64,000 nt of DNA, taken from positions 288,001 to 352,000 of the forward strand of contig CAWCTR010000007.1 in NCBI GenBank assembly GCA_963798485.1, read 5' to 3'. Below, piece after piece: positions 29,194 through 38,243 of the stretch. The DNA comes from an uncultured delta proteobacterium. Its GTDB lineage: Bacteria > Desulfobacterota > Desulfomonilia > UBA1062. Numbering within the stretch: the first letter of the stretch is position 1; each line of letters starts with the position of its first letter. The position numbers and the translations under genes were made by a program. The notes under the pieces were generated by a model that ran no database searches, was not told where the DNA came from, and was given only the letters and a program-made list of their open reading frames with translations.

Positions 29194-29445
29194 ATGCGCT
29201 TTCTTTTTAATCTCATAACATCGATTATCCTGGCCCCCTTCAAGATAATCAAATTCATCGTGTCCGATGTCCTTATCTTCGGCATCATCGGAGGGATAGC
29301 CTCCATGATCAGATCGGTAGTCAAGACAACCATCAGGCTTATCTTTAGGCCTTTCACCCTTCTTCTGCTTGCAGGCGGAGCCGCGGCCTTCTATCTCGCC
29401 ACCGATGAACAGAAGAAGAAGGTCAAGGCCTTAATGGGGATGTAG
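29194..29445 (+). CDS. Small hypothetical membrane protein
   Basis: RBS GGAGG; hydrophobic 83-aa ORF followed by a terminator. Confidence 0.7.
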   Translation: MRFLFNLITSIILAPFKIIKFIVSDVLIFGIIGGIASMIRSVVKTTIRLIFRPFTLLLLAGGAAAFYLATDEQKKKVKALMGM

Positions 29446-29454
29446 GAACAAGAT

Positions 29455-29496
29455 AAAAGAGGGGACCTCGATTAGAGTGTCCCCCTCTTTGTTTTT
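29455..29496. terminator. Bidirectional intrinsic terminator
   Basis: AAAGAGGGGAC..GTCCCCCTCTTT stem with A/T tracts between convergent genes. Confidence 0.75.
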
Positions 29497-29537
29497 GTAC
29501 TTGTTTTAGTACTTGCCGGATATCCGTTAATTTTTTT

Positions 29538-29891
29538 CTACAGACCCATGTACTTGATGAAGGGGTTTGCATAGAGCAAGATGAGCTCTATAACCAGCGC
29601 ATAGATGGCAAGGGACTCGATCATGGCCAGGCCAAGAATGAGCGCGGTCAGGATCTTGCCGGATGCCTCAGGGTTGCGTGCAATACCGTCGCAGGCACCC
29701 TGAACACCATGGCCCTGGCCGATGCCGGTTCCAAACGCAGCTAGGGCCATACCGATGCCCGCAGCCACAGAGGCCCAGGAGAAATACTGGATTGCTTCAG
29801 GGCTTGCCTGACCTCCTGCTGCTAACACCAGCGAAGAGAAACCCAGGACCAAGAATACTGAAACTCCTGATAAGCATAAAAATTTCTTCAT
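29538..29891 (-). CDS. atpE: ATP synthase Fo subunit c with N-terminal extension
   Basis: [23 protein letters not shown]. Confidence 0.96.
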   Translation of the reverse strand: MKKFLCLSGVSVFLVLGFSSLVLAAGGQASPEAIQYFSWASVAAGIGMALAAFGTGIGQGHGVQGACDGIARNPEASGKILTALILGLAMIESLAIYALVIELILLYANPFIKYMGL

Positions 29892-30039
29892 ACAATCCTC
29901 CAACTATTTTATTGTATTCTTACCAAAGGCGGCCAGGATTGTATCCTACCCGGCTTTCCTGGTAGCCGTCAACATTGTTGTCCGGCATGCAATATTAAAA
30001 CAGAATGGCTTCCGCAGGCCCGCCTGTTTTAATATTCTC

Positions 30040-30747
30040 TTAGTGACCCTCCTCCATCGCCCCGCTTATGTACATCATGGCTAGCAGGGTAAATACAAAG
30101 GCCTGCAGTATTGACGTGAACATCATGAGTACGAGCATGGGCATGGGAAGGAGGAATGGAACCAGTGCCAGAAGAACCACGAGTACGAGGTCTTCTCCGA
30201 AGATGTTCCCGAAGAGACGCATGGTGAGCGAGAGCGGCCGCGCCATGTGGCCGATGAGTTCCACCGGGAGCATGATAGGCGCCATCCACCATACCGGGCC
30301 CAAAAAATGTTTGAGATATTTAATGCCGTGGATTTTAACCCCTACAATATGTGTCAGTAAGAATACCGTAAGCGCCATGGACAGGTTGGTGTTGAGGTTT
30401 GCCGTGGGTGAGTAGAAGCCCGGGATAATGCCGGCCATATTGCAGGTGAAGATGAACAGCGCAATGGTGGCTATAAGGGGGAAGAACCTCATCCCATGTT
30501 CTCCCATTGTGTCGACCAGCAGGGACTTCAGCCCGCCGATGACAACTTCCAGAAAGTTCTGAAGCTTGCCGGGGACCATCTTCAGGCTCCTGGATACAAT
30601 TATCGACATGATGATGAGCGCAATCATGTACAGCCATGTAAAGGTGACCTGTTGGAAGTGGTTCCCGTCTGTAAGTCCGAAGGTTTCATGAAGGAATTCA
30701 TAAAGGGGGTGGGTGATGAAATCTAAAATGAGGTACCCGTGGTCCAT
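30040..30747 (-). CDS. atpB: ATP synthase Fo subunit a
   Basis: RPLSLTMRLFGN, LQAFVFTLL. Confidence 0.97.
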   Translation of the reverse strand: MDHGYLILDFITHPLYEFLHETFGLTDGNHFQQVTFTWLYMIALIIMSIIVSRSLKMVPGKLQNFLEVVIGGLKSLLVDTMGEHGMRFFPLIATIALFIFTCNMAGIIPGFYSPTANLNTNLSMALTVFLLTHIVGVKIHGIKYLKHFLGPVWWMAPIMLPVELIGHMARPLSLTMRLFGNIFGEDLVLVVLLALVPFLLPMPMLVLMMFTSILQAFVFTLLAMMYISGAMEEGH

Positions 30748-30748
30748 A

Positions 30749-31132
30749 CTAATCTCCTCCTGCGCAGATGTAGGTGTAGCATGCGTAGCTCATGATGCCG
30801 AACATGATGATTGACAGGCCCAGAAGCAGCCCGAGTATATCGACGTGCAGCATCGCGATAAGCACATAGAGTGCGGCCCCCGTGATTGCGAGCCGGAGTA
30901 TATAGCGTTTTATCATAAAGGCTTTACCCTGCTTTGCAGCAAGGGTGACCGATGATGCGGCATGCCGCCAGAGCATGTAATAATTCGCCATGCAGACCGT
31001 ACCGCCAAGAAGTACGCCCAGAGCGAATTTTGGCCCCAGCAGGGGCAGGCTGATAATGCATAGGGATGCCCACAGCGCAAAGGCAATGAACTCAATCCTT
31101 TTTTGCACCGGGTCCTTACTTACGCTTTTCAC
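30749..31132 (-). CDS. atpI: ATP synthase subunit I
   Basis: Four TM helices, upstream of atpB. Confidence 0.82.
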   Translation of the reverse strand: MKSVSKDPVQKRIEFIAFALWASLCIISLPLLGPKFALGVLLGGTVCMANYYMLWRHAASSVTLAAKQGKAFMIKRYILRLAITGAALYVLIAMLHVDILGLLLGLSIIMFGIMSYACYTYICAGGD

Positions 31133-31367
31133 CTGACTTATCCTCGCTGAAAAACCGCATGTAGGTCTTGTACATCATCCTGAAGCCTGCCATGATGCCG
31201 CCAAAGAGAAAGACAAAGGTGAAAATCGGATCGGTGCCGAACCGGCGATCGAGGTATACCCCTGCAACCAGCCCGAGGACGATGGACAGGACCATGGCAA
31301 ACCCCATGGTGCTCAGATCGGCCACCGTGAGGTACATCTTTTTCTTTTCCTTGTCGTCATCCGTCAT
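31116..31367 (-). CDS. atpZ: AtpZ/AtpI family protein
   Basis: G.YLDRRFGTDP motif, two TM helices. Confidence 0.88.
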   Translation of the reverse strand: MTDDDKEKKKMYLTVADLSTMGFAMVLSIVLGLVAGVYLDRRFGTDPIFTFVFLFGGIMAGFRMMYKTYMRFFSEDKSGEKRK

Positions 31368-31581
31368 CGTGAAGGCCTACCCCTTGGAATAGTCTCAAAC
31401 CATATTACTGAATCACGATTCATAATGCAAGGACGTTTTTGGCCGAGGTATTCCACGTGTAAAATGGCTTCTGATCAGGGTTTTGACTTTCTTGAGAAAA
31501 CGGCATTTTTTTCTTGCTCTGTGAAAACATATCAGGTAAAGATAACGAGTTTGAGCACATGACTACACTACAGAGTGAACT

Positions 31582-32406
31582 ATGGGCGGTACACAAAGTA
31601 ACAAGGGTCAGATGCGAAGACTCACGGTTGTTTCGGTGTGTTTTTTGGCTTCATTGATAGGGGCAGCCTTAATACCAACCAAGGTGGTCACCGGCAGGAG
31701 TACGCTTCAAGCCGTACCCTCGCAGAGTCCGGCCATCGAATATCAATATACCGTGAGTTTGCAGGACCGGCTTGCACAGATCAATGACGTGCAGGAAAGA
31801 AAGCAGTGCCTTATCAAGGTGCTGCTGCCGCTTGTGCTCCATGCGAACGAGACAATCAGACGGCAACGGATGGTTGTAGAACAACTGAGACTTAATCTGC
31901 CATATCTGACTCCGCTTGAAAAACAAACCCTTATCTCGCTTTCTCAGATATATCTTGTTGAGGGCAACTCCTATGAAGAGATGATACAGGAACTCCTCAA
32001 AAGGGTGAATGTGCTCCCTATCTCGCTGATACTTGCCCAGGCGGCTATTGAGTCGGGATGGGGGACCTCCAGGTTCTGCATCGAGGGAAACAACATCTTC
32101 GGGCTGAGGACCCCTTCAGGGTATGGTATTCTTCCGAAGGGGCGCAGTAGTGAAGAGGGGGTCACCTTATCGGTGTTCAACGACCTTCAATCATGCGTTG
32201 ATTACTACATGTGGAACATTAACACCAACCCGCTGTATAAAGAACTGAGATACATACGTTCCCTGAGCCAGCCGCCGTATGATTCTTTTGCACTGGCGCA
32301 GGGACTGCGCAACTATTCCGAGATGGGGACAGAGTATGTACGCAAGGTGGAGCTGCTTATCAGCTATAATGCATTGAAGGGTTATGACGACTACCGGCTC
32401 CAGTAG
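31582..32406 (+). CDS. Bax-like glucosaminidase (GH73) domain protein
   Basis: LAQAAIESGWGTSRF, NNIFG, NINTNPLY, YSE.G.EY. Confidence 0.9.
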   Translation: MGGTQSNKGQMRRLTVVSVCFLASLIGAALIPTKVVTGRSTLQAVPSQSPAIEYQYTVSLQDRLAQINDVQERKQCLIKVLLPLVLHANETIRRQRMVVEQLRLNLPYLTPLEKQTLISLSQIYLVEGNSYEEMIQELLKRVNVLPISLILAQAAIESGWGTSRFCIEGNNIFGLRTPSGYGILPKGRSSEEGVTLSVFNDLQSCVDYYMWNINTNPLYKELRYIRSLSQPPYDSFALAQGLRNYSEMGTEYVRKVELLISYNALKGYDDYRLQ

Positions 32407-32419
32407 GGTTTTTGAAGGC

Positions 32420-33508
32420 ATGTTGCTGCATGCCGTGCAGCGAAGGCTTACCAGAAACAGCTTTTGTTCTCCGCTGATACTTTTTTTTCTGGCCTTCTTT
32501 TTCATCATAGGTCTTGCAGCACCGGCATCTGCATACATCTCCGTGCTCCTTTACCACCGTTTTGACGAAAACTCCTTCCCCACCACCACGACGTCGAGCG
32601 CCCAGTTCGAGCAGCAGATGGCATATCTGAAGTCGCACGGGTACACAGTGCTCACCATGGACCAGCTTGCCGACTGTGTGGAGGGAAGGCGGTCCATCCC
32701 TGAAAAAGGTGTTGTCATCACCATCGATGACGGTTTTATCTCAGAGTATAATAAGGCTGTGCCGATTTTGCGGAAATATGGCTATCCATTTTGCATCTTT
32801 GTTTTCACCCATGCCATTGGTTTAAAGAACTACATGAGCTGGGGGCAGCTCAAGCAGCTGGAGTCCTGGGGAGGAGGGGTTGGTTGCCATACCTACTCAC
32901 ATCCGCGGCTGATTAACCTCCCTGAGAAGAGTATTGAACAGGAGATCATGGGTCCCAAGCATTCCATGGAGGAGAATCTGGGCCACAAGGTGAAGTACTT
33001 CGCATATCCCTACGGACTCTATGACGATACTGTCAGGGCCGTTGCAAAACGCGCGGGCTTCCGCCTCATGCTGACATCCGATCCGGGCAGTGTCGGCACA
33101 GGTATTGAATTCGACCGTGTACCCCGCCAGGCAGTTGTGGGTGCCGAGATGAGCCTTCATGATTTTGCCCAAAAACTCATGAATCCTCCTCTCATAGTGA
33201 CTAGGCGCATCCCTGAGAGCGGTACACTTTCCTGTGATACAATCCCTGAGATATCGATCACACTGAAGGATCCTGATCTCTATGATCCAAGCCAGATCAA
33301 TCTGTTCCTTTCAGAAAAGAAGAGGCTGGCAGCCCATTTCGATCCCAAGACGGGGGTTGTTAGCTGCAACGGTCCTTTCCACCTCACCAGGAAGACGAAC
33401 CGCATCATCGTTTCTGCCAGGAGAAAGAGCGACAGTCTCTTTGCCCTGGATTCCTGGCTGATTGTGCTCCCGGGTTCATGGGACGGGATGAAGTATACAA
33501 TGCGTTGA
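32420..33508 (+). CDS. Polysaccharide deacetylase (CE4)
   Basis: LLYHRF, ITIDDG, HTYSH, FAYPYG. Confidence 0.92.
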   Translation: MLLHAVQRRLTRNSFCSPLILFFLAFFFIIGLAAPASAYISVLLYHRFDENSFPTTTTSSAQFEQQMAYLKSHGYTVLTMDQLADCVEGRRSIPEKGVVITIDDGFISEYNKAVPILRKYGYPFCIFVFTHAIGLKNYMSWGQLKQLESWGGGVGCHTYSHPRLINLPEKSIEQEIMGPKHSMEENLGHKVKYFAYPYGLYDDTVRAVAKRAGFRLMLTSDPGSVGTGIEFDRVPRQAVVGAEMSLHDFAQKLMNPPLIVTRRIPESGTLSCDTIPEISITLKDPDLYDPSQINLFLSEKKRLAAHFDPKTGVVSCNGPFHLTRKTNRIIVSARRKSDSLFALDSWLIVLPGSWDGMKYTMR

Positions 33509-33567
33509 ACAGCGGGTAACGACTGGGTTTATAAATCCAGAGTTTGAGTTTAAGGGGCGGAAGACCG

Positions 33568-33590
33568 GTAGGAGCGGCTTCAGCCGCGAT
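33568..33590 (+). repeat. Single GTAG-type REP sequence
   Basis: GTAGGAGCGGCTTCAGCCGCGAT hairpin. Confidence 0.7.
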
Positions 33591-33621
33591 CCAGGCCTTT
33601 TATTTATTTCTAGTTGTTAAG

Positions 33622-33990
33622 ATGATTTTGGGCAACAGCCCTTTAATATATAAAAATGACATAGTCAATTCCTATACGCTGAAGTATTTCTTTTTCCTGG
33701 ACGACAAATTCAAGGACTCGAAAAACATTGAAGAGCTCCTTCAAAAAGTGCGTGACTACCTTTACAAGGGCATGTCGTCCTACGATGAGGCCGATAAACT
33801 TTTCGCGGTCTACAAGACATACGCCTATTACCAGCATACGCTTTATGATGAGACAAAGTCATGGGGCACGCCTTCCACACCGGAGGAAGCGATCGAGTAT
33901 CTTCATAAAATTCAGGAATATCGGCGGGAAGTGTTCGGGAGCGAGGCGGAAGCTTTCCGCAGAAGGCTGGTCATTGAAAATGCGCGTTAA
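33622..33990 (+). pseudogene. Probable fragment of a lipase chaperone-like helical protein
   Basis: KLFAVYKTY..Y..YRREVFGSEAEAF resembles lipase foldase segments; no RBS or N-terminal anchor, abrupt end. Confidence 0.4.
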
Positions 33991-34013
33991 CAGCCCAAGA
34001 AGTGAAGACCCCA

Positions 34014-34964
34014 TCACTGAGATGACAGAGAACCCTTGTGCTTGTTCAAAAAGGATGCATAATACCCTGCTGTCTCCTGTGGCCTTTCCAACATGGGTAT
34101 ATGACCACAATCCTTCATAACGACTATCTCTGAATTCGGCAAAGAACGTTTCAGTACCTCTGTGGTGGAGACATGGAGTATCCTGTCTTTGTCGCCCCAA
34201 ATGACTAATACGGGCATGTGGAGCTCGGACAGCAAAGGATAAATATCTGTTGATTGAGTGGTGAATTCATGCCACATCTTCTTGTTGAAGGCATATGATG
34301 CAATAGCCCTATCGGCAAGTACGGAAGTTATGGGCCATGGTATGAAGGGTTGCTTGTAGAAAGCATATTTCAACAATTCATCAAAATCTTTTTTTGAGGC
34401 GGGTGTTAATGGGCTCTGCCCCTTGAGCAGCGCAAGCTGAAGATCGCTCGGCTTTGGAGTAACGGACTGGAGACCGGCATTATCCACGAGGCATACGGTG
34501 ATAACCTTCTGAGGGTTTCGGGTGGCATAGAGTATGGTGATCCACCCACCCATGGAATTTCCTGCAAGATGGAACTTGGAGATCCCCAAGGTGTTTACAG
34601 CCTGATCAAGGCTTGAGGCCATATAGTCTATGGTATAGATCTTGTCTCCGGCCTTATCACTATCTCCATGACCGGGCATATCGATGGCGATCACACGATA
34701 TTCTTTAGGGAGGTATCGAACGAAACGGGTCCAGTTATCCTTGTTTGCCCCGAATCCATGGATAAGCACAATGGTCTCACCTTTACCTGGCCGTTCCAGA
34801 TAGGACATGGTTTGTCCATTGACGATTACAGAGGATTGCTTGAGACCGGACATTGATCGATCAACAGAGATCATGAAATCATACGTGCCTTGCTTGAAGG
34901 ATGTGCAGCCAAAAATCAGACAGGTTATCAGCAGAGCCGGTAAAGTTTTAAAGAGCTTCTTCAT
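34014..34964 (-). CDS. Alpha/beta hydrolase (lipase-like) lipoprotein
   Basis: Lipobox IFGC, HGFGA, GNSMGG, WGDKD, CGHIP. Confidence 0.92.
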   Translation of the reverse strand: MKKLFKTLPALLITCLIFGCTSFKQGTYDFMISVDRSMSGLKQSSVIVNGQTMSYLERPGKGETIVLIHGFGANKDNWTRFVRYLPKEYRVIAIDMPGHGDSDKAGDKIYTIDYMASSLDQAVNTLGISKFHLAGNSMGGWITILYATRNPQKVITVCLVDNAGLQSVTPKPSDLQLALLKGQSPLTPASKKDFDELLKYAFYKQPFIPWPITSVLADRAIASYAFNKKMWHEFTTQSTDIYPLLSELHMPVLVIWGDKDRILHVSTTEVLKRSLPNSEIVVMKDCGHIPMLERPQETAGYYASFLNKHKGSLSSQ

Positions 34965-35055
34965 ATTACCTCCTCAAGCTTGAGTTTATATTGCTGACAA
35001 AACATGGATGTCTTTGAATCACTATTAGCTTACCTTTTCTTATGAAGAGTTCTGA

Positions 35056-35592
35056 TTATATATTCGCTGCCATTGTAGCTGTCGAGGGAATATCGCTTAT
35101 GTGTTCCCCATAATGAGCGAACTTAATGGTTTTATCAGGCGCTACAATAAAAACAGCTGGAAGCTGCGTCTCATGTCCTTCAAATTTACCGTGCTTATAG
35201 CCTTGTAGAGTTGCCTTGACAGCTGTAATCAGACCTGCAGGATGCATGTATTTGAAGATACTGCCGGGTTCCACATGATACAGCTTAAAAAGATCAGCCT
35301 TTGGGTCACATATAATGGTGAAAGGCCAATCTTCTTTCTTTGTAGCGGAAGCCACAGTTGCAGGAGAGCTTTGCAGGATAACAAAAAGCACTGCCCCTTT
35401 TTGTTCTATGAGGCCTATCTCGCGCTTCAGATTGGCCATATCGATCTGACAGATCGGGCAACCGAGATAGCGTAGAAAGACCAGAACCGCCGGTTTACCA
35501 TCTGCAGCTTTAAAAAAGCTTTTTCCTCCCTCCCAGGGTGCCTCGAATTGAAAGTCGGGAGCATTGTCGCCAACCCTAAGCTTTACATCCAT
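35056..35592 (-). CDS. AhpC/TSA peroxiredoxin-like protein
   Basis: VGDNAPDF, FLRYLGCPIC, QLPAVFIV. Confidence 0.88.
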   Translation of the reverse strand: MDVKLRVGDNAPDFQFEAPWEGGKSFFKAADGKPAVLVFLRYLGCPICQIDMANLKREIGLIEQKGAVLFVILQSSPATVASATKKEDWPFTIICDPKADLFKLYHVEPGSIFKYMHPAGLITAVKATLQGYKHGKFEGHETQLPAVFIVAPDKTIKFAHYGEHISDIPSTATMAANI

Positions 35593-35689
35593 CTTCCCTT
35601 TACCTCCTGTTCTATGCTCTCCATATGACGGGTTTTATAGATCTGTTTCTTCCTTGTTGAAGGAAGTTGAAGCTGGAATACGTCTGGTA

Positions 35690-36985
35690 CTATCTTTGTG
35701 ATAAGCGGTTATCGATGACGCGGACGGCCTTGCCCTGGGCCACCGGTATCCCGCCCGGCTCGCACAGGATGACATCGGGCGTAATAAGGATTTCGTCTCT
35801 CAGCTCCCTGGTGATTCTCTTCCTGAGCGAGTCCAGTGTCTTGTAGTCATTAATGGACAGATTGGAGTCGATCTCCGCCTTCACAATCATATGGTCATTG
35901 TGCCCTTTGGATTCAAGGGTGATCTGGTAGTTCCTGCCTACTCCGGTTATGCCGATGAGCACCGCCTCGATCTGCATGGGGAAGATGTTGACCCCCTTGA
36001 GGATAAGCATGTCGTCGCTCCTGCCCGTTATCCTCGTTATCCTGGAGTGGGTCCTTCCGCAGGCGCACGGGCTTCCGATGATAGAGGTGAGGTCCTTGGT
36101 GCGGTAGCGGATGATAGGCATGGCCTCCCTCTGTAACGTCGTGATCACCAGTTCGCCCATTTCACCCGGGGCAACACCCTCAAGCGTATCGGGGTTTATG
36201 ATCTCCACCAGATAGGCATCCTCCCAGATGTGCTGGCCGTGTTTTTCCGGGCATTCAAAGGCGACACCCGGGCCGTTCATCTCTGACAGGCCGTATGAAT
36301 TGAAGGCATCGATGCCGAAGAATGCCTCCACCTTTTTCCTGGTTGCCTCGGTGTGGGGCTCTGCGCCCAGGAAGGCGTATTTCAATGCAGGGAATTCCTT
36401 TTTAGGATCTATCCCCATGGCCTCGATCTCGTCGGAGAGATGCAGTGCATAGCTCGGGATCACATGGATGGCGCTCGTGCCGAAGTCCTTCATGAATTTG
36501 AGCTGGCGTTTGGTGTTGCCGGGCCCTGTGGGGATGGTGAGACACCCGATACGCTCTGCGCCGTAATGCAGGCCCAGGCCGCCCGTAAACAGCCCGTAAC
36601 CGATCATGTTCTGGAATACATCGTGCTTTCTCAGCCCGGCCATTGTGAGGCAACGCGCTACAAGCTCGGCCCAGCTCTCGATGTCCTTCATGGAGTGATA
36701 GACAACAGTCGGGGTCCCTGTTGTGCCTGATGACGAGTGGAGCCGGACCACCTTATCCAAAGAGGTGCAGATCATGCCATAGGGATATGCAGAGCGCAAA
36801 TCGTCCTTGGTGGTGAAGGGAAGCTTCCTGATATCCGACAGGCCGGATATCTTAAAGTCCTTGAGCCCAAGTGCCTTGTAGAAGGGCGCATTCGATGCGC
36901 TCTTCACGGTCTTTTTCAACTGTTTGAGCTGGAGTTCCTGGAGCCTTTCCCGCGAGATACATTCAATGTCTTGATCCCGGTACAT
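35690..36985 (-). CDS. paaK: Phenylacetate--CoA ligase family protein
   Basis: HSSSGTTG, YGLFTGGLG, YGLSE, RYRTKD, GRSDDM. Confidence 0.93.
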   Translation of the reverse strand: MYRDQDIECISRERLQELQLKQLKKTVKSASNAPFYKALGLKDFKISGLSDIRKLPFTTKDDLRSAYPYGMICTSLDKVVRLHSSSGTTGTPTVVYHSMKDIESWAELVARCLTMAGLRKHDVFQNMIGYGLFTGGLGLHYGAERIGCLTIPTGPGNTKRQLKFMKDFGTSAIHVIPSYALHLSDEIEAMGIDPKKEFPALKYAFLGAEPHTEATRKKVEAFFGIDAFNSYGLSEMNGPGVAFECPEKHGQHIWEDAYLVEIINPDTLEGVAPGEMGELVITTLQREAMPIIRYRTKDLTSIIGSPCACGRTHSRITRITGRSDDMLILKGVNIFPMQIEAVLIGITGVGRNYQITLESKGHNDHMIVKAEIDSNLSINDYKTLDSLRKRITRELRDEILITPDVILCEPGGIPVAQGKAVRVIDNRLSQR

Positions 36986-37088
36986 GCTGTCTCTCTCCCT
37001 TTAAGGGTTATCTCACAACGAAACAAGAGCTACCATTTATAATACTCCATATTAGGAGCGGATCTTGAAAGACGGCAGCGTTTATGTG

Positions 37089-37475
37089 CTATTTGGCAGC
37101 CGGTGCAGGCGCCTGGGGTTGGGCAGGTGCTACAGGGATCACCATATTGTTGGATGGCGCCTTTGAAGCAGGCTGGGCTCCCGGCGCAACAGGCATTGTC
37201 TGGCCGACAGGGGCAGGCCTGGAGTTCATGACGCTCTTGGCGGGTCTATGGAGCGCGAAAAACCCTAAGGTGAACGAGGTGAGCATGAATACCACAACCA
37301 TGACGCGTGTGGCCTTATTCAGGAAGTCTACAGGTCCTGAGCTGCCGAATAAGGCCTGGCCTCCGGCGCCTCCGAAAACCGCGCCGATGTCGGCGCCTTT
37401 GCCGGCCTGAAGAAGCACGGCCACTATCAGACAGATACATGCGAAAACGTGGATTGTTATAAGAAGCGCATACAT
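37089..37475 (-). CDS. secG: Preprotein translocase subunit SecG
   Basis: VLLQAGKGADIGAVFGG; follows tpiA. Confidence 0.95.
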   Translation of the reverse strand: MYALLITIHVFACICLIVAVLLQAGKGADIGAVFGGAGGQALFGSSGPVDFLNKATRVMVVVFMLTSFTLGFFALHRPAKSVMNSRPAPVGQTMPVAPGAQPASKAPSNNMVIPVAPAQPQAPAPAAK

Positions 37476-37479
37476 TTTT

Positions 37480-38235
37480 TTATCCTCTATATCGAATTAT
37501 TCTCTCGAACGATGCCACTTCGAGGCTTGCGCCCCCGACGAGTGCCCCGTCGATATCTTCTTGAGCCATAAGTACATCAATGTTGTCCGGTTTCACGCTC
37601 CCACCGTACAAAATACGTATTGCACCGGCAATTTCAGGGCCGAACAGGTCTTTCACCTGCGAACGAATGAATCCATGGACCTCCTGGGCGATCTCGGGTG
37701 TGGCGGTCTTTCCGGTGCCAATAGCCCAGACCGGCTCATAGGCGATCACCAGGTGTGCTGCATGTGTCTTTGAGATATCTTTAAGTCCTTGAGTCATTTG
37801 GTTGCGGATCACGTCCAGGGTCTTGCCGGCCTCTCGTTCGGCAAAAGTCTCACCCACGCAGACAACAGGCGTGATTCCTGCCTTGAAGCAGGCGTTCAGG
37901 CGCTTGTTCACGGTCTCGTCCGTCTCTGAGAAATACTGCCTGCGTTCGGAATGACCGATAATGGCGAAACGTGCGCCTGTACTCTTGACCATGGGGGCGC
38001 TCACCTCGCCGGTAAAGGCGCCCTGATCCTCCCAGAATACGTTTTGCGCCCCCACAGACACGCTCGAATCCGAAAGTGCCTGGATAAGCGGATAGATGTA
38101 CAGGTCAGGAGGGCAGACAAGGATCTCCCTGTCCAAAACGTCCTTAACCCGTAGCGCCAGCTCTTCTGCGAAAAGAACCGCCTCTGTGAGCGTCTTGAAC
38201 ATCTTCCAGTTACCTGCAATGAGGGCTTTTCTCAT
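37480..38235 (-). CDS. tpiA: Triosephosphate isomerase
   Basis: AGNWKM, GHSERR, AYEPVWAIGTG, YGGSV. Confidence 0.98.
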   Translation of the reverse strand: MRKALIAGNWKMFKTLTEAVLFAEELALRVKDVLDREILVCPPDLYIYPLIQALSDSSVSVGAQNVFWEDQGAFTGEVSAPMVKSTGARFAIIGHSERRQYFSETDETVNKRLNACFKAGITPVVCVGETFAEREAGKTLDVIRNQMTQGLKDISKTHAAHLVIAYEPVWAIGTGKTATPEIAQEVHGFIRSQVKDLFGPEIAGAIRILYGGSVKPDNIDVLMAQEDIDGALVGGASLEVASFERIIRYRG

Positions 38236-38243
38236 ACCTTTTC

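Noticed and set aside
36986-37088. tRNA or other RNA gene after secG
   Set aside because: No cloverleaf, T-loop GTTCRA or CCA end visible.
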